DNA from: an uncultured Rivularia sp.
Lineage (GTDB): Bacteria > Cyanobacteriota > Cyanobacteriia > Cyanobacteriales > Nostocaceae
Direction: 5' to 3'
DNA: 64,000 nt
Assembly (NCBI GenBank): GCA_963665115.1
Contig: OY762007.1
Location: forward strand, 6,880,001-6,944,000
Shown here: one piece after another, positions 55,461 through 64,000 of the stretch
How the letters are laid out: each line of letters opens with the position of its first letter
Position numbering within the stretch: the first letter of the stretch is position 1
The notes under the pieces: model-generated
Told to the model about the DNA's origin: nothing
Databases searched by the model: none
Seen by the model: the letters and a program-made list of their open reading frames with translations, nothing else
Made by a program: the position numbers and the translations under genes

Positions 55461-56162
55461 TCATTCTTGAGAGGGAGGTGCAACTTTAGTATCGGATTGC
55501 TGAGCGCGTTGCTCGCGTCTTTTACGATCTGCTGCAACCATATCTGCCATTACTATCGCAGCTTGAGCCATTTTATCCAAGTTTGAGCGATATAAATCTA
55601 AATCTTTACTCAGTTTATCTTCAGATAAATTCAAGCTATTTGCAATAGTTTTTAAAGCTTCGTTGCGGAGTTTTTCGTCTTTAACCATTTCTGGATCTGA
55701 CGATTCCAATAAAGTATATAAACCAATCGCAAATAAACGGCTGTATTTAAATGAAGGATTATTGGCAATGCTTTCTAATAATGCTTGCAGATCGGAATCA
55801 TTTCCCAAACGTTTTTGGCTTAAATTAGCAACTAAATCTTTTGCCGGTATGTTTTTAGCTAATTCCTCCAACCGTTGAGCATCTTGTCTATATTGCTGTG
55901 GATCTTCTTCCACAGACTTGATTAAAGCATGATAAATCGATTCCTTGTCTTCGTCGGGTTTATAACCCTGCATAAATCGGTTAAAAGTAGTCACAACACC
56001 CAAGGCATAAATGGGGTTGTATTTGAAATCGGCGTTTACACTAAGTAGGTGCATTTCTACCATTAACTCTTCTACCACCCGACGATAAATCGTATTGATT
56101 GGACGGGTGTGAAGACTGTAGAATGTTCTTTTTGTATCAGAAACGGTACGGACGTTATTCAC
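55461..56162 (-). CDS. psb29: Photosystem II biogenesis protein Psb29/Thf1
   Basis: [34 protein letters not shown]. Confidence 0.95.
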   Translation of the reverse strand: MNNVRTVSDTKRTFYSLHTRPINTIYRRVVEELMVEMHLLSVNADFKYNPIYALGVVTTFNRFMQGYKPDEDKESIYHALIKSVEEDPQQYRQDAQRLEELAKNIPAKDLVANLSQKRLGNDSDLQALLESIANNPSFKYSRLFAIGLYTLLESSDPEMVKDEKLRNEALKTIANSLNLSEDKLSKDLDLYRSNLDKMAQAAIVMADMVAADRKRREQRAQQSDTKVAPPSQE

Positions 56163-56427
56163 GAAGAAATTTTTATGAAATTTAAGGGCAATGTAAACTT
56201 ATTCTCGCGCTTGTAGGTGACTTTGCCAAGTAATGGTTAAGAAACAATTACCACGGGAAAATGCATCCTACTCGCTGGTTAGAAGCAATTACAGTTTTAC
56301 AAATGACTGTTTCATGCTGTAACAAAAAGGTCATAACCATATTCTAAATATGGCAATAGGAAATATAAACACCTTTCCTTATATAATCAATCCATATTTA
56401 TAATAGTTTAATCTTTAATTTGTCATT

Positions 56428-57021
56428 ATGACTTCTTCACCACATTTAAGCATCTTAGCCCAATACCTCGCAGGTGAGTTTGAAAATAAACAACAAGCAA
56501 TGTCAGAACCTGCTTGGTACGTTAATTTGCTGATGTGGCAAAGACCTGTATCTTTATTTCAAGAGGATAGTATAGTTTTTTTTGCCGAACAAGCGAATAT
56601 TCTTAACATAGAGCAGCCTTACCGTCAGCGCTTGCTACGAATTACACCTTGTACCGCTGATGGTGAATTCAAAGCTCAGTATTATATGTTTAAAGATCCG
56701 ACTGCATGGCGCGGTGCAGGTCGTAATTATAAATTACTTAATGACATTACTACCGAAAAAATAGATATACTACCGGGATGCGTTCTAAGAGTTAATACAG
56801 AAACTTTGGCTCAAAATCAATACAAATTTATTGCAAAACCGATACCAGATAACCGCTGCACGTTTGATTATGCTGGTAATACTGTAGAAGTTTCTTTGGG
56901 ATTTGAAGCAACCCAAAAAGAATTTTTGAGCTATGACAAAGGAATCGATCCAGAAACGCGAAAAGCAACTTGGGGAGCAATTTTAGGTCCTTATCGCTAC
57001 ACCAAGCTGCAACAGTACTAA
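56428..57021 (+). CDS. CpcT/CpeT family phycobiliprotein lyase
   Basis: GEFENKQQA..PAW, PYRQR, SYDKG.D..TWG. Confidence 0.88.
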   Translation: MTSSPHLSILAQYLAGEFENKQQAMSEPAWYVNLLMWQRPVSLFQEDSIVFFAEQANILNIEQPYRQRLLRITPCTADGEFKAQYYMFKDPTAWRGAGRNYKLLNDITTEKIDILPGCVLRVNTETLAQNQYKFIAKPIPDNRCTFDYAGNTVEVSLGFEATQKEFLSYDKGIDPETRKATWGAILGPYRYTKLQQY

Positions 57022-57196
57022 AAAAATTAGGAGTTAGGAATTGGCAGTTAAAAGTACCGCAGAATACTATATAACAAAAAAAACCTTATTTATGGTTATA
57101 TTCGGTAATTTTTATGCTTGGAAAATCAAATAAAGTTTAGCTAACTTGTGGTATAAACAGGTCTTCTTTAACTTAATTCCTAACTCCTAACAACTA

Positions 57197-57565
57197 TTAG
57201 CTAGCAATACTGCGAGGTACACCTTCTAAAGCTTCCTCTTCAGTTTCAAATATTTCAAATACGGTATCCATCATTGTTACTTCAAATACTAGTTTTGCTT
57301 CTGGATGTACGTTACAAATACGGAAACTTCCCTTTACTTTGTCCGCATCGCGCATTCCAGCAACTAAAGAAGTAAGCCCGGAACTATCAATAAAATTTAC
57401 CTGTCCTAAATTTACAACTACGTGGGGACTGAGTTTAGAAATACATTCTTGTAGCTTGAGACGAAACTGCCAAGCTGTAGTAATGTCTAAACGTCCTGTA
57501 GGCGATAAAACTATAACGGTATTTCCGTCCTGAGTTGTATAACTTTTCTGTTCTATATGAATCAT
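57197..57565 (-). CDS. STAS domain anti-sigma-factor antagonist
   Basis: GRLD, FIDSSGL. Confidence 0.9.
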   Translation of the reverse strand: MIHIEQKSYTTQDGNTVIVLSPTGRLDITTAWQFRLKLQECISKLSPHVVVNLGQVNFIDSSGLTSLVAGMRDADKVKGSFRICNVHPEAKLVFEVTMMDTVFEIFETEEEALEGVPRSIAS

Positions 57566-57797
57566 AAAGGTTTCCCCTAGCACTCTTCAAACTAACTAAT
57601 TAGATACAGCTATTTTTGCAAGATACTGGCAAACATATAGACAATAATCTACAGCTAATATGTTATTCCCTTATACATAGGCATAGGGGGCTTAATCAGT
57701 AACAAAAATAATTAATGCTGTAGCGAGAGTTTAACAAGCTACAGCCTCAATTGTCACCTTGCACAAATGGTATCTTTAGTAGTCTAACTCACATTAT

Positions 57798-58838
57798 TTA
57801 GGTATGTCTCTGCTTCCAGTTAACCCAATCTTGAGGCTTGAGGAAGGTTTCGTACAGTTCGGCTTCTGGGGAACCTGGTTCTGGCTGATACCCATACTGC
57901 CAGCGTACTAATGGTGGTAAGGACATCAAAATTGACTCAGTACGTCCGTTTGTCTGCAAGCCAAAAATGGTACCCCGGTCGTAAACCAAATTAAATTCTA
58001 CATACCTACCCCGACGATATAGCTGAAAATCTCGTTGGCGATCGCTATATTCCATCGGATGTCTTTTTTTGACGATTGGCAGATAAGCGGGTAAAAATGA
58101 TTTACCGCATTCTTGGGCAAAGGCAAATATTTCTTCCCAGCTACGAGTAGGTAGTTCGCCAATTTCATTGCTGTACTCAGCCGCTGCTTTATCCGCATGG
58201 GGACCGCGATACAAAGCACCCGTTCCGTCTTGGTAATCGAAAAATAAACCGCCGACACCTCTGGTTTCATCACGATGTTTGAGGTAAAAATATTCATCGC
58301 ACCAGCGCTTGAACACTGGGTAATATTCTTGATGGTGCTTATCGCAAGCCTGTTTATAAGTTTCGTGAAAATGCGTTGCATCTTCAGCAAAAGGATAGTA
58401 AGGAGTCATATCCGCTCCACCACCAAACCACCAAACTGGGCCAGCTTCAAAGTAGCGATAATTCAGATGAACGGTAGGACAATACGGATTGCGGGGGTGC
58501 AGCACCATTGAAGTTCCCGTCGCATAAAACTTATGTCCTTCTGCTTCCGGACGATTCGCAACAATCGAAGGCGGTAACTTGGAACCCCAAACTTCCGAAA
58601 AATTTACACCACCTTGTTCAAAAATTGCACCTTCACGTAAGACTCGCGAACGTCCACCACCACCTTCGGGACGTTCCCAACTATCTTCTTGAAATTGTCC
58701 CGCGCCATCAAGTTCAGCTAAAGATTGAGAAATTTCATCTTGTAACTGCTTCATAAAAGCACTAACTTTAGCCTTAGCATCAGATGGCGGTAAAGATTGG
58801 GAAGAAGGTGATTTGGGGGAGGTTGGCGATGTCAACAT
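57798..58838 (-). CDS. hemF: Oxygen-dependent coproporphyrinogen III oxidase
   Basis: [35 protein letters not shown]. Confidence 0.97.
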   Translation of the reverse strand: MLTSPTSPKSPSSQSLPPSDAKAKVSAFMKQLQDEISQSLAELDGAGQFQEDSWERPEGGGGRSRVLREGAIFEQGGVNFSEVWGSKLPPSIVANRPEAEGHKFYATGTSMVLHPRNPYCPTVHLNYRYFEAGPVWWFGGGADMTPYYPFAEDATHFHETYKQACDKHHQEYYPVFKRWCDEYFYLKHRDETRGVGGLFFDYQDGTGALYRGPHADKAAAEYSNEIGELPTRSWEEIFAFAQECGKSFLPAYLPIVKKRHPMEYSDRQRDFQLYRRGRYVEFNLVYDRGTIFGLQTNGRTESILMSLPPLVRWQYGYQPEPGSPEAELYETFLKPQDWVNWKQRHT

Positions 58839-59588
58839 AAATTTCTGAACCTACTAAATAACGATTTCTATTTTTCCGCGAGCGGAACTATTTGGGTATT
58901 AAATCCCGCACTCAGGTTTCACCCGAATGCTCGGGATGGAATATAAATATCCCACGTAATTTTCCGGTAACGTGGATAAACTTATTCTCCCTCAAATAGG
59001 TATATGCTTTTAAATTGGTTAACTTTTTGCAACTTTTTTATCTGAGTACCCTAATATTGAGACTAAATTCTGTAACAATATCCTGTAAGCGGTTGCTGTG
59101 AAGGTGCATAAACTTAAGAAGGCATAGAATCAATAGGCAAGTGGCGATCGAGAATAAGCGTTTTGTACCTCAATACTCAGACCTTACTTGAATTGCTGTA
59201 ACTGCTGCTATACAGAGCCTTTTATCTAAAATTGCGGCTCAACAAAGCCAATAATCTATATCGTAGCTTACATCAAAAAGCACACATTTCCTGTTGGAGA
59301 AAGAAGATATTAGTAGCTTGTTTAATGTATTAAAAGAAAAGCAGCATATCAAAATCTTGCTCGCATAGCACAAAAGTACAGCGTCTTGAATCTTGTCTTA
59401 AAGAATATTTATCTTGTTTCAAACACCAGCTAGATAGTAAAAGCAGTTTATCCATTTGTATAAAGAAGTGTCACTGGTAACAATTTAAATTGCTCCGAAA
59501 ATTTATGAAATGGGAAAAGAGCGAAAGTTACTTAACAAACCCAAATTATCAGACTAAAGCAAAGTGTGTAGCCGGGAGGATTGAGAGA

Positions 59589-60110
59589 ATGCAAGGTTGG
59601 TTATCGAAATTTATCAACCGCAAGCGTCGTCGAGTTTGCGTTTCTCTGGTGCGAAGTTATCGCGAAATTAGTTCAGCTTCTGTAGATGAAATATGGCATA
59701 AAGTTGTTGACTTGGCAGACGTTTCCTGGCATCCATTATTTAAAAGTACTAACGTACCTTACGGATTAGTACCCAAACCAGGATTGATTTACCAAGCTGT
59801 TACCCGTCTTTCACCGATTCCAATTCGTATTTTTGTCGAACGTGTTAATCCCAGAGAATTATTAAGCGTGCGAATTCTAGCAATTCCCGGCGTAGAAGAA
59901 CGAATTAGTTACAAAATAGAATCCACAGTTTGCGGTAGTTGTTTGTCTTATTCCGTTACTTTACGCGGTTGGCTCTCTCCCTTAGTTTGGTCATTTTCTC
60001 GTCCTTATGCAGACAAAGTAGCGCGGGCTTTAATCGAAGCTGTTGAAGAAGCCGCAATTAAAGCAGTATCGGGAAAAAGGAAATCGACTTTGCAATCCGA
60101 ATTATTTTAA
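59589..60110 (+). CDS. SRPBCC/polyketide-cyclase-like protein
   Basis: Start MQGWLSK after GGGAGG; START-like pattern (SASVDEIW..SWHP). Confidence 0.65.
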   Translation: MQGWLSKFINRKRRRVCVSLVRSYREISSASVDEIWHKVVDLADVSWHPLFKSTNVPYGLVPKPGLIYQAVTRLSPIPIRIFVERVNPRELLSVRILAIPGVEERISYKIESTVCGSCLSYSVTLRGWLSPLVWSFSRPYADKVARALIEAVEEAAIKAVSGKRKSTLQSELF

Positions 60111-60240
60111 TTTGGTAATTGGTAGTTGGTAATTGGTAATTGGTAATTGGTAATTGGGGATTGGGCATGGGGCATTGGGCATTAAGTTAAGAGTTAGGAG
60201 TTAGGAGTTAGGAGTTATTAAGGTCAAAGGTCAAAGGTTA
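60111..60240 (+). repeat. Composite heptamer STRR tract (TTGGTAA, TGGGCAT, GAGTTAG, AAAGGTC)
   Basis: Directly visible. Confidence 0.9.
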
Positions 60241-60367
60241 AAGCTTAAAATTCTCCTTGTCTCCCCATCTCCCCCTCTCCCATGCCCCATCCCCTATCCC
60301 CCATGCCCAATTAATTAGATAATATTTTTTTGTTACAAATTGTTTCAGCATTAAGCGTGCAAATACT

Positions 60368-61438
60368 ATGCAAAATGTTCTTTCGGCAAGTTCAGTTTTA
60401 GAAATATTGCGTCCGGTGCAAGATCCAGAGCTTCGTAAAAGTCTGGTGGAACTGAATATGATTCGTAATGTCAAAATCGATGATGGCAAGGTTAGCTTCA
60501 CTTTGGTTTTGACTACACCTGCTTGTCCTTTACGAGAATTTATTGTTGAAGATTGTCAAAAAGCTGTAAAAAAACTTCCAGGAGTTACCGATGTATCTGT
60601 AGAAGTTACGGCAGAAACACCGCAACAAAAAAGTTTGCCCGATCGCAATGGCATACCTGGGATCAAAAATATTGTTGCTGTTTCTAGCGGTAAAGGTGGT
60701 GTCGGTAAAAGTACGGTGGCTGTAAACATTGCAGTAGCTTTAGCCCAAACGGGAGCTAAAGTAGGTTTGCTCGATGCCGATATTTACGGCCCCAATGACC
60801 CCACAATGTTGGGACTCGAATCTGCTCAAATAAAAGTCAGTCAAGGTGAAAAAGGCGAAATCTTGGAACCTGCCTTTAATCATGGAGTCAAGTTAGTTTC
60901 AATGGGTTTTCTGATCGACCGAGATCAACCCGTAATTTGGCGCGGACCAATGCTGAATGGAGTTATTCGTCAGTTTTTATATCAGGTGGAATGGGGAGAA
61001 CTGGACTACTTGATTGTAGATATGCCACCAGGAACTGGTGATGCTCAGTTAACATTGACACAAGCAGTACCGATCGCCGGTGTCGTGATAGTAACTACAC
61101 CACAGAACGTAGCTTTACTAGATTCTCGTAAAGGCTTGCGGATGTTTCAGCAGTTGAAAGTACCAGTTTTGGGGATTATTGAAAATATGAGTTATTTTAT
61201 ACCCCCAGATATGCCAAATAAGCAGTATGATATTTTCGGTTCCGGTGGTGGCTCAAAAACGGCCGCCGAATTGGAAATACCTCTACTCGGCTGCGTACCG
61301 CTGGAAATATCTACAAGAGTTGGTGGAGACAACGGTGTACCAATAGTTGTAGCCGACGAGCATTCAGCTTCAGCAAAAGCTTTAAAAGAAATTGCTTTGG
61401 CGATCGCCGGAAAAGTATCAGTGGCTGCCCTGACATAA
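60368..61438 (+). CDS. mrp: Mrp/NBP35 family Fe-S cluster carrier ATPase
   Basis: TTPACP, SGKGGVGKST, DADIYGP, WRGPM, DMPPGTGD. Confidence 0.95.
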   Translation: MQNVLSASSVLEILRPVQDPELRKSLVELNMIRNVKIDDGKVSFTLVLTTPACPLREFIVEDCQKAVKKLPGVTDVSVEVTAETPQQKSLPDRNGIPGIKNIVAVSSGKGGVGKSTVAVNIAVALAQTGAKVGLLDADIYGPNDPTMLGLESAQIKVSQGEKGEILEPAFNHGVKLVSMGFLIDRDQPVIWRGPMLNGVIRQFLYQVEWGELDYLIVDMPPGTGDAQLTLTQAVPIAGVVIVTTPQNVALLDSRKGLRMFQQLKVPVLGIIENMSYFIPPDMPNKQYDIFGSGGGSKTAAELEIPLLGCVPLEISTRVGGDNGVPIVVADEHSASAKALKEIALAIAGKVSVAALT

Positions 61439-61542
61439 AAAAATCGATGTATTTCTGTCTGGGTAGCGTACTGAGTACTGAGAATAAAGATAAAAAGACG
61501 CAATTATCAAGTATTTATCAGCTCAGGTATTAATAAGACTAG

Positions 61543-62862
61543 ATGTTACTAAAAAAGTCACGCTACTCACGAAATAGAAATCGCTGGCAGAATTTATTTA
61601 AGCCCTGGCACCAAGTAGACTTACTGCTATTCTTGCTGCCCATTGCCGTCAGCATATTCGGCGGCTTTATGATTTCCAGTACGGAATTAAGCCAGGGAGA
61701 AACTAAGTGGTTGTCGCACTTATCAATGGCGAGTGTAGGTTTCTTAATCGCTTTGTTGATAGCCCGCAGTCGTTATGAAGGTCTCCGACAGTGGCACTGG
61801 GTTACTTATGCTTTAACCAACGCCAGCCTGATAGCAGTAATGGCAATAGGTGTTAGTGCTAAAGGGGCACAGCGCTGGATTAGTATTGGTAGTTTCAACG
61901 TGCAGCCGTCGGAATTTGCCAAGTTAGGAGCAATTATTACCCTAGCCGCACTGTTACACAAGCGCACGGCTTCAACTCTTCCCAACTTTTTCCGGGCTTT
62001 GGCAGTAACGGCAGTTCCTTGGGCATTAGTATTTTTACAGCCAGATTTAGCAACATCATTGGTATTTAGTGCGGTTGTATTGGCAATGCTGTATTGGGCA
62101 AATGCCAATCCTGGCTGGTTAATACTATTAGTTTCTCCAGTAGTAGCGGCGATTTTGTTTAGCATACCTTGGCCTTGGACTGAGCAAATGGTGGTAGCTG
62201 AAGGGATATTTTTTACACCTTTAGGTTTGATTTGGTCATTCGCTATGGGCTTGTTAGGCTTGTTGACGCTTCCTGGCAAAAGGTTTGGTTTAGGAGGTAT
62301 TGGTGCCTTAGCTTTGAATCTGCTGGGTGGAGAGTTAGGAATCTTTGCTTGGAATCACCTACTTAAAGAATATCAAAAAGGTAGAATCACCTCATTTCTT
62401 AACCCAGAACTAGATCCCTTGGGAACTGGCTATCACTTGATTCAATCTCGTATTGCCATTGGTGCTGGTAAATGGTTTGGTTGGGGTCCGTTTAATGGCC
62501 CTATGACTCAATTAAACTTCGTTCCCGAACAGCATACCGACTTTATTTTCTCGGCAGTTGGCGAAGAATTTGGTTTTATCGGCTGTTTGGTATTATTGCT
62601 GGTATTTTGCTTAATTTGTCTAAGGTTGCTCCACGTTGCTTTGACGGCTAAAGATAATTTCGGCTCATTAATAGCAATTGGCGTTTTGGCAATAATTGTG
62701 TTCCAGATGGCTGTTAATATTGGAATGACAATAGGTTTAGCACCCGTAGCGGGAATACCTCTACCATTTATGAGTTATGGTAATTCGGCAATGTTAGCTA
62801 ATTTTATCGGCATTGGATTAGTTGAATCAGTAGCGAACTTTCGCAACTTAAATAAGTATTAA
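61543..62862 (+). CDS. rodA: Rod shape-determining protein RodA
   Basis: GAQRWI, QPSEFAK, QPDL, PEQHTDFIF, GIPLPFMSYG. Confidence 0.93.
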   Translation: MLLKKSRYSRNRNRWQNLFKPWHQVDLLLFLLPIAVSIFGGFMISSTELSQGETKWLSHLSMASVGFLIALLIARSRYEGLRQWHWVTYALTNASLIAVMAIGVSAKGAQRWISIGSFNVQPSEFAKLGAIITLAALLHKRTASTLPNFFRALAVTAVPWALVFLQPDLATSLVFSAVVLAMLYWANANPGWLILLVSPVVAAILFSIPWPWTEQMVVAEGIFFTPLGLIWSFAMGLLGLLTLPGKRFGLGGIGALALNLLGGELGIFAWNHLLKEYQKGRITSFLNPELDPLGTGYHLIQSRIAIGAGKWFGWGPFNGPMTQLNFVPEQHTDFIFSAVGEEFGFIGCLVLLLVFCLICLRLLHVALTAKDNFGSLIAIGVLAIIVFQMAVNIGMTIGLAPVAGIPLPFMSYGNSAMLANFIGIGLVESVANFRNLNKY

Positions 62863-63073
62863 TAACTAGTAATCAATTATCAATGAGCAATTATCAATGA
62901 CCGGGTAAAAAACGGATTATTATGGGTTCAATTTCGCTGTCGGAGAATAATATGCAATGCTTGTGGCTATTACATTCCTTATTATCCGCAGTCTGGGGAC
63001 TGATAATTAATAATTGATAATTAATAATTGATCGTTGATAATTGATAACTGATAATTGAAAAGAGCAATAACC

Positions 63074-63265
63074 ATGATTTTGCCTGGAGCAACCGTTCGC
63101 GTTAAAAACCCCGCAGATACTTATTACCGTTTTGAGGGACTCGTACAGCGAGTCAGCGATGGTAAAGTAGCTGTACTGTTTGAAGGTGGTAATTGGGATA
63201 AATTAATTACCTTTAGATTTAGTGAGTTAGAGCCTGTAGACCCCACAGCAGGACGCAAAAAGTAA
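63074..63265 (+). CDS. ndhS: NDH-1 subunit S
   Basis: [36 protein letters not shown]. Confidence 0.93.
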   Translation: MILPGATVRVKNPADTYYRFEGLVQRVSDGKVAVLFEGGNWDKLITFRFSELEPVDPTAGRKK

Positions 63266-63386
63266 AGTAAGAATTAGTTACGAGTTAGAGTTGAGAGTTT
63301 TGTATTATTTGTTATTATTTTTTAACCGATCGTTTTTAACTCATAACTCATAACTCATAACTCATAACTCATAACTTAATTTATTT

Positions 63387-64000
63387 ATGCGCCTTCCTTT
63401 ACCGCAGTTTAGTAACAGCAATCGTCATCCCAATCATTTTGCTGAAGTGATTGAAACAGCTAGTTGCGATTTTTTGGCTCAATGTTTAGATCCCGAAGAT
63501 TTGAGCTTCCCAGCAATGCCTCCTTTCGGTAGCTGGGTGTGTTCGGTAGATGAAGAATCAGCAAATAAAGTGTTTGCGGTTGTATTTCATGCAACTACGA
63601 TGCCTATAGATTCCGTACATAGACCTGTAGCTTTAGGTTTATCCCTGCAAGATTTGCGAGAGGAGCAACCCCAAATATTCGCCATGCTCAAAACTGAATT
63701 CCGTGCCGCGATTGTCGGATTTGAGCAGGTGCAAGGTAATCAAATATATCAGTATCTACCACCTCGACCTCCCCAGATTCATCAAGCGGTTCATCGATGC
63801 GAATCAGAAGAAGTGCTAAAATTTACCGAAAAATTTGATTTTTTACAAACCTTACTTTCGGTTAATGGTGCCCCAGTTGAAGCTTTGAGTGCAGCAGCAA
63901 TTCGGGATGTATACAAGTTACGCAAAGCTGACAGACAATGGTTAGTAGAAGCTGGACGCTACTTAAGCGTGTTGCTGAAAGATGACTACGACCGTCTGCG
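63387..64000 (+). CDS. HAS-barrel-like conserved cyanobacterial protein (runs off the window end)
   Basis: Manual translation MRLPLPQF..HFAEVIETAS..PPFGSWV..LREEQPQIFAMLKTEF..YLPPRPPQIH. Confidence 0.7.
   Translation, partial: MRLPLPQFSNSNRHPNHFAEVIETASCDFLAQCLDPEDLSFPAMPPFGSWVCSVDEESANKVFAVVFHATTMPIDSVHRPVALGLSLQDLREEQPQIFAMLKTEFRAAIVGFEQVQGNQIYQYLPPRPPQIHQAVHRCESEEVLKFTEKFDFLQTLLSVNGAPVEALSAAAIRDVYKLRKADRQWLVEAGRYLSVLLKDDYDRL

Overview
AT-rich chromosomal window from a cyanobacterium, most likely a filamentous heterocyst-former (many HIP1 GCGATCGC octamers, heptamer STRR tracts, psb29, ndhS, cpcT-like, cytochrome c6). Most genes are housekeeping (tldD, cysC, tex, pyrB, trxA, mgtE, trkH/trkA, exbBD, hemF, mrp, rodA). 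The standout is a ~20.6 kb minus-strand locus (13106-33754). It holds a tandem array of five filamentous-haemagglutinin (TpsA-like) genes plus a decayed sixth, each behind the same ~20 bp upstream element. These are followed by a secreted TPR-CHAT protease with an intact His/Cys dyad, a secreted DUF928 protein carrying five tandem 18-aa repeats ending in G[AS]SR, a CHASE2 hybrid histidine kinase and a REC-HK. I read this as a candidate extracellular protease/peptide signalling system. Other observations: (1) an IS200/IS605 tnpB-only element precisely interrupts a sugar nucleotidyltransferase gene; (2) a uORF plus anti-SD leader precedes mgtE; (3) the Rpn nuclease has an internal SD+ATG; (4) two pentapeptide-repeat genes are each bracketed by inward-facing GTAG hairpin repeats; (5) eight genes are frameshifted by extra bases in G-runs followed by [A/T/C]C, probably a systematic sequencing artefact. 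All calls come from reading the sequence and ORF track; no database searches were run.
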